Of a stretch of DNA of 64,000 bases, positions 57,891-64,000 are shown piece after piece. Location of the stretch: the NCBI RefSeq assembly GCF_009914755.1, contig NC_060925.1; one strand, given 5' to 3'. Under the pieces are notes generated by a model, which saw only the letters and a program-made list of their open reading frames with translations, made no database searches and had not been told where the DNA came from. Position 1 is the stretch's first letter. Every line of letters starts with the position of its first letter. Both the position numbers and the translations under genes were made by a program. This DNA is from the human T2T-CHM13v2.0 reference genome, Homo sapiens.

Positions 57891-58681
57891 TAGTAGAGAC
57901 AGGGTTTCACCATGTTAGCCAGGCTGGTCTCGAACTCCTGACCTCGTGATTCACCCGCCTTGGCCTCCCAAAGTGCCAGGATTACAGGCGTGAGCCACTG
58001 CCCCCAGCCTGGACAAGTGATTTCATCACCCTGCATCTCCCTTCCTTAATCTGAAAGCAGAGATAAGAGGGCCTCGCTCTTCTAGTAGTTGTGAAAGTTA
58101 AGTGAGGCAAAGTATGTAAGCCCCTTGCAGGGGCTCCACCAATTATAGCAGTAATTATCACATATTCAAGAATGGCAGTCTGGGGCCAGGTTTCCAAGAT
58201 GGGGCCAAGACTCAGAGAGAAATGGGACAAAGCTCCCTCCATCTCCTCCTTGGTGCCCACCTCTGGGCCTGCTTCCCTCCAGGCCTGATCCCTGCCCTCA
58301 GCTCCCACCTCTGCTGGGCATCTTCTCAAAGAGCCAACAGACAGCTGTGTTCACTCTGCCAAGAGGCATCCCTGGGAAAGGAGGAGAGGAGAAAGAAATC
58401 TTCGTGTCTGGGCTTTGGAAAGCAGACTGTTAATTACCTGGGGTTGGCAGCAGCCTGCCTGTTAGGTAAACATTTGCCAAGCTGGCTCCATGCATTAACC
58501 CCTTGGTACCCAGAGCTGAGGTGTTCAGACGTGGGCTGCTCTAGAAGGGTCCAGAAACTAACTTGAGGGAGGCTGGGCACGGCTTCTGTAGCCTTCAAAC
58601 AGGTCCAATTCAGGTGAGACATTCAGGAGGATGGCACAGAATGGCTTCAGAATCAGGGTTTGAAATTTACTTCACTTGGCT

Positions 58682-59526
<845 letters not shown>

Positions 59527-60231
59527 TAATTAGAGGTAGACTTGGTCTTAGGCAAGGTGGCATGAGGAGAAAGGTAAGGCAAGGTGGGCTCGGATTGACT
59601 ATAATGATCAGTTGTGTATCTACCTGTACAGTTTGCTAAGCACTTTTCCACCCTTATCTCATCCAATGAGTCCCACCGTAAGCCTGTGAGGAGGGAATTA
59701 GCCTCCTGTGATGCAGTGGCTCAAATCCAGCCTGTTACTCACTGGCTGTGTGGCCTTGGGGCAATCACTTCACCTCTCTGAACCTCATCTGTAAAATCAG
59801 GGGAATAGCCATCTGCCCTGGCAGTTTTCTTGTGAGGCTTAAATGAAATTCTGGATCTAAAGAGCTCAGTAGTGCCTGACACACATTCAACTTCTCCCTT
59901 GAATTCCCTATTTTACAGAAGAGGAAAATGAGCCTCAGTGAGCTCCCAAATTATAATCCTCTAAATGTAAAAAAAAAAAAAATCATACAAATACACAGTA
60001 AGCACATGTCTCTGTTGTTTCACTTATTCATGAGGCAACTCTCAGGATGACAGAGCTGGTTCAGAGAACCCACTGATGGGAGTTGAGGAAGCACAGGGAA
60101 TGCCAGAACAAGATTGCTAGTTAGATTCCAAATTGGGGAATGCTCTATAGTGCATGAACTAGAACCTTTAGGGGTGATCCCTATTGGTCAGAAGTCATTT
60201 GTATCACTATTGGACAAAAATCTGTTTTCTA

Positions 60232-60702
<471 letters not shown>

Positions 60703-61162
60703 TTAGAGACCAGCCTGGGCAACAAAGAATTCATCTCTAAAAAAGAAAAAAAAATTAGCCAGGTGTGGTGGTGTGGGCCTGTAGTCCTGGCTACTCAGGA
60801 AGTTGAGTTGGGAGGATCACTTGAGCCTGGGAGGTCAAGGCTGCAGTGAGCCATGATCACACAACTGCACTCCAGCCTGGGTGACAGAGCGAGACCCTGT
60901 CTCCAAAAAAAAAAAGGTCAAACAAAGTTACTTCCCTTTAGGGAGTCCTACAACACTTGAGGGCTTGTTACGCAATGCCCCAGTGGGAGGATTAAGGCCA
61001 CACAGGCTCCTCATTGCTTCACTTCCAAGCTTTACAAAATTTTCCTTAACAAAGTGGTGTTGACAGGATGGGAAATGGAAGGATTGACCTTCCAAGCTCT
61101 GTCAGGATTACTTCTGAGTAAGAATTTCAAATCTTTTTGCTCTGAAAAGCCTAGTTCTGCTA

Positions 61163-61258
<96 letters not shown>

Positions 61259-61334
61259 TCACCTGAGGTTGAGAGTTCAAGACCAGCCGGGTCAACATGG
61301 CAAAACCCTGTCTCTATTAAAAATACAAAAATTA

Positions 61335-61662
<328 letters not shown>

Positions 61663-64000
61663 CTAAAACAAATTTTAAAATGAAAAATAAATTTAAAAAA
61701 TAAATAAAAAAGAAAATGAAGGCCCAGGAAAAGGGTGTGACTTGTCCAAGATCACATAGCCACGCCTAGAAGAGGAGCAGAGGCTAGAACCTACTTTCTC
61801 CAACCCCCGTCCCCAGGTCCCCTGGATGGCTTGCCTGGCCCTGCACCCTGTGGGGTCCAGGAACTGCTCTGCATCCTGGCGGGGGTTAGGGGGTTGTCTA
61901 CAGGGCCAGACTGAAGTGTCTGCTGGAGTTGACTGATATTGCAGAGTCTTGGGACTCACCATGGCTTATAGTTATGTGCACTCAAGCGAGAGCTGTGACC
62001 TCAGAGCCTCTAGAAACCTCCAGCCTCCGCACTTGCTAATTCTGCTGTGAGACACTCAGGCAGCCCAGAGCTGGAGGAACAAACAGCCGTAGACAAGAAG
62101 CAGCAGATGGGTTTCCACGGTGATCATTTCCTGGAGTCCAAGTATCTTCTTTCTTCCTGAATGGAGGTGGAGATGCAGCAAGAGAAACAGGGAGGGGGAA
62201 GCCCAAGTCTTGGTCCCAATCCACCCAGATGGATACCTTGGCGCTCCTTGGGCAAGTCACCTCAACTCCCTGGGTCTGAGGAGGGACAGAAGGATGCCAT
62301 TTGCTAGGCGCCTGCTCCACACCAGGCGTGGTATGCTGAATGCTGCACACTCACTACCTCATTTCTTTAATCTCCTTCCCAGTAAGCCTTTAGGGAAGGA
62401 GCTATTATTAGCATCCCCATTTTACTGATAGGAAACAGAAGCACAGAGAGGTGAAGTAACTTCACAGGAACACACGGCTTGTTAAGAGCACTTGAGCTGT
62501 GCTCTTAACCACAGCATTCTATAGTGCTGGGTCCCTTCCTCTGAGGGCCAGGGCCATTCCTTCTGCAGATTTCAGGCCCAGCCTGAAGCGGGAGGGAGGG
62601 AAGGAAGGCCAAGCAGGGTGCAGAGAGGAAACACTTCAGGTGAAACACGGTATTGTTAGCCCCCATTTTCTGCCTGGGCATCCTAGCCAATATGACACCT
62701 GGTGCTTCAGGCAGGAAGCACCCCCATGCCCAGGCAGCCCCCAGGCAGCTGTGACACCACCGCAGCTATGACACACGCTGCAGTGCTCAGAGCTCTGCGA
62801 TGCCTCCAGAGGCATCTGTGTCCTCAAATTCACACAAAGGCCTGCTTCAATCCTGTCCTGTAAGAAACAAGTCCTCTGCCTCCTCCAGGAAGCCTCCTTC
62901 ATTGCACCTGAGGCCAGGGCCTCTCCTCCCACTCAGTGCTGTCCTCTCCTTCCTGCTCTGGCTCATTCCCGTCGCCCAAAGTGATCATTTCTGTCCCACT
63001 GATCAGAGCCCAGGTATAGGATGGAGGCTCCTGGTGGCTTTGTTGAGCACTGAAAAGCCCGACGGAGGCCCCTGGCAGATCCCTGACCTCAGTCCTGCCT
63101 GCCAGGATGCCCTGGCCTTCTCTTCCTCCATCCAAGCCCCAGGGCAACCACGTGAATCGCAGGCTAGACAAGCCCAGATTCCAGCTGGCCTGAGAGCCTC
63201 CTCCACAGGGATGAAGGTAGGAGAAGGCTTATGTGTGTGCACAAATATGGGCATGGGCAGGAGCCAGCCAGCATCCCCAGGGCTGGGGTGGGAGACACAT
63301 AGAGCTATTAATAGAACGGGATTAGGTATTCCTCCAAACCCCAAACCAGCTGGGCTTGGCTTCCTAGCTATCTCAACTTTGTCCATCCCTCCATTCCTTC
63401 ACTCATTCAACAAGTATTTGTTGGATACATATATCTTTAAAAAAATAAATAAATAAAGACAGACTTGCTATGTTGCCTAGGCTGATCTCAAACTCCTGGG
63501 CTCAAGAGATCCTCCCGCTGACCTTCCAACCTTAGCTACCTGAGTAGCTGGGACTACAGGTGCATGCCATCATGCCTGGCTTATTTATTTATTTATATTT
63601 GTTTTATATTTTTAAAGATGGGGTCTTCCTCTTGTGCCCAGGCTAGAATGCAGTGGCACCCATAGCTCATTACAGCCTAAAATTCCTGGGATCAAGCAAT
63701 CCTCCTACCTCATCCTCCCGAGCAGCTGGGATTACAGGCATGAGCCACCAGCTCCAGTTAAAAAAAATTTTTTTTTTGTAGAGACAAAGACTCGCTATGT
63801 TGCCCAGGCTGGTCTCAAACTCTTGGGCTCAAGGGATCCTCCTGCCTAAGCCTCCCAAAATGCTAGGATCACAGGTGTGAACCACTGTGCCCAACCTGGA
63901 CATTTATTTTATTATTGCTGGGGATAAGAAGGATATATGAGAACCAGACTTCTGATCTTCTTCCCTAAAACTGTTCCCCTCAGTTTTCCCCATCTCAGTT

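Noticed and set aside
62800-63456. Longest ORF in the track (218 aa, + strand)
   Set aside because: No recognisable domain, low-complexity P/S/G/L composition, overlapping ORFs on both strands, and it ends in an L2/A-rich remnant; consistent with a chance ORF in GC-rich DNA.

Overview
Alu-dense human (primate) genomic DNA containing the complete PAFAH2 gene (intracellular platelet-activating factor acetylhydrolase II) on the minus strand. I reconstructed one non-coding exon and ten coding exons, all with GT-AG borders. They sum to 1179 nt (392 aa + stop), with the MGxxxS myristoylation motif and the S236/D259/H314 triad. The promoter is CpG-rich (~43.2-43.9 kb) and carries tandem ACTACAnnTCCC (ZNF143/THAP11-type) motifs and a CTCF-like site. 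No other protein-coding gene is supported; from memory of the 1p36.11 locus, EXTL1 starts just beyond the right edge. The rest is mostly Alu, L1, L2, MIR and LTR relics and simple repeats. The most interesting non-obvious items are: (1) a near-full-length retrocopy of the composite scaRNA SCARNA17 (mgU12-22/U4-8) at ~51.3-52.1 kb, whose 3' C/D domain keeps its boxes, a wobble-compatible U4-C8 guide and an Alu-restored terminal stem; (2) an out-of-frame AUG 5 nt upstream of the PAFAH2 start, whose ORF ends 14 nt before in-frame Met24, a possible route to a non-myristoylated isoform; (3) a U6 pseudogene nested exactly at an L1 5' junction inside an L2; (4) a CpG-retaining minisatellite with six ACGTG cores; (5) a MEF2/E-box/MCAT cluster at the right end. 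I see no evidence for a wholly new multi-gene system. Repeat subfamily names and RNA identities come from recalled consensus sequences and need database confirmation; repeat coordinates are approximate.
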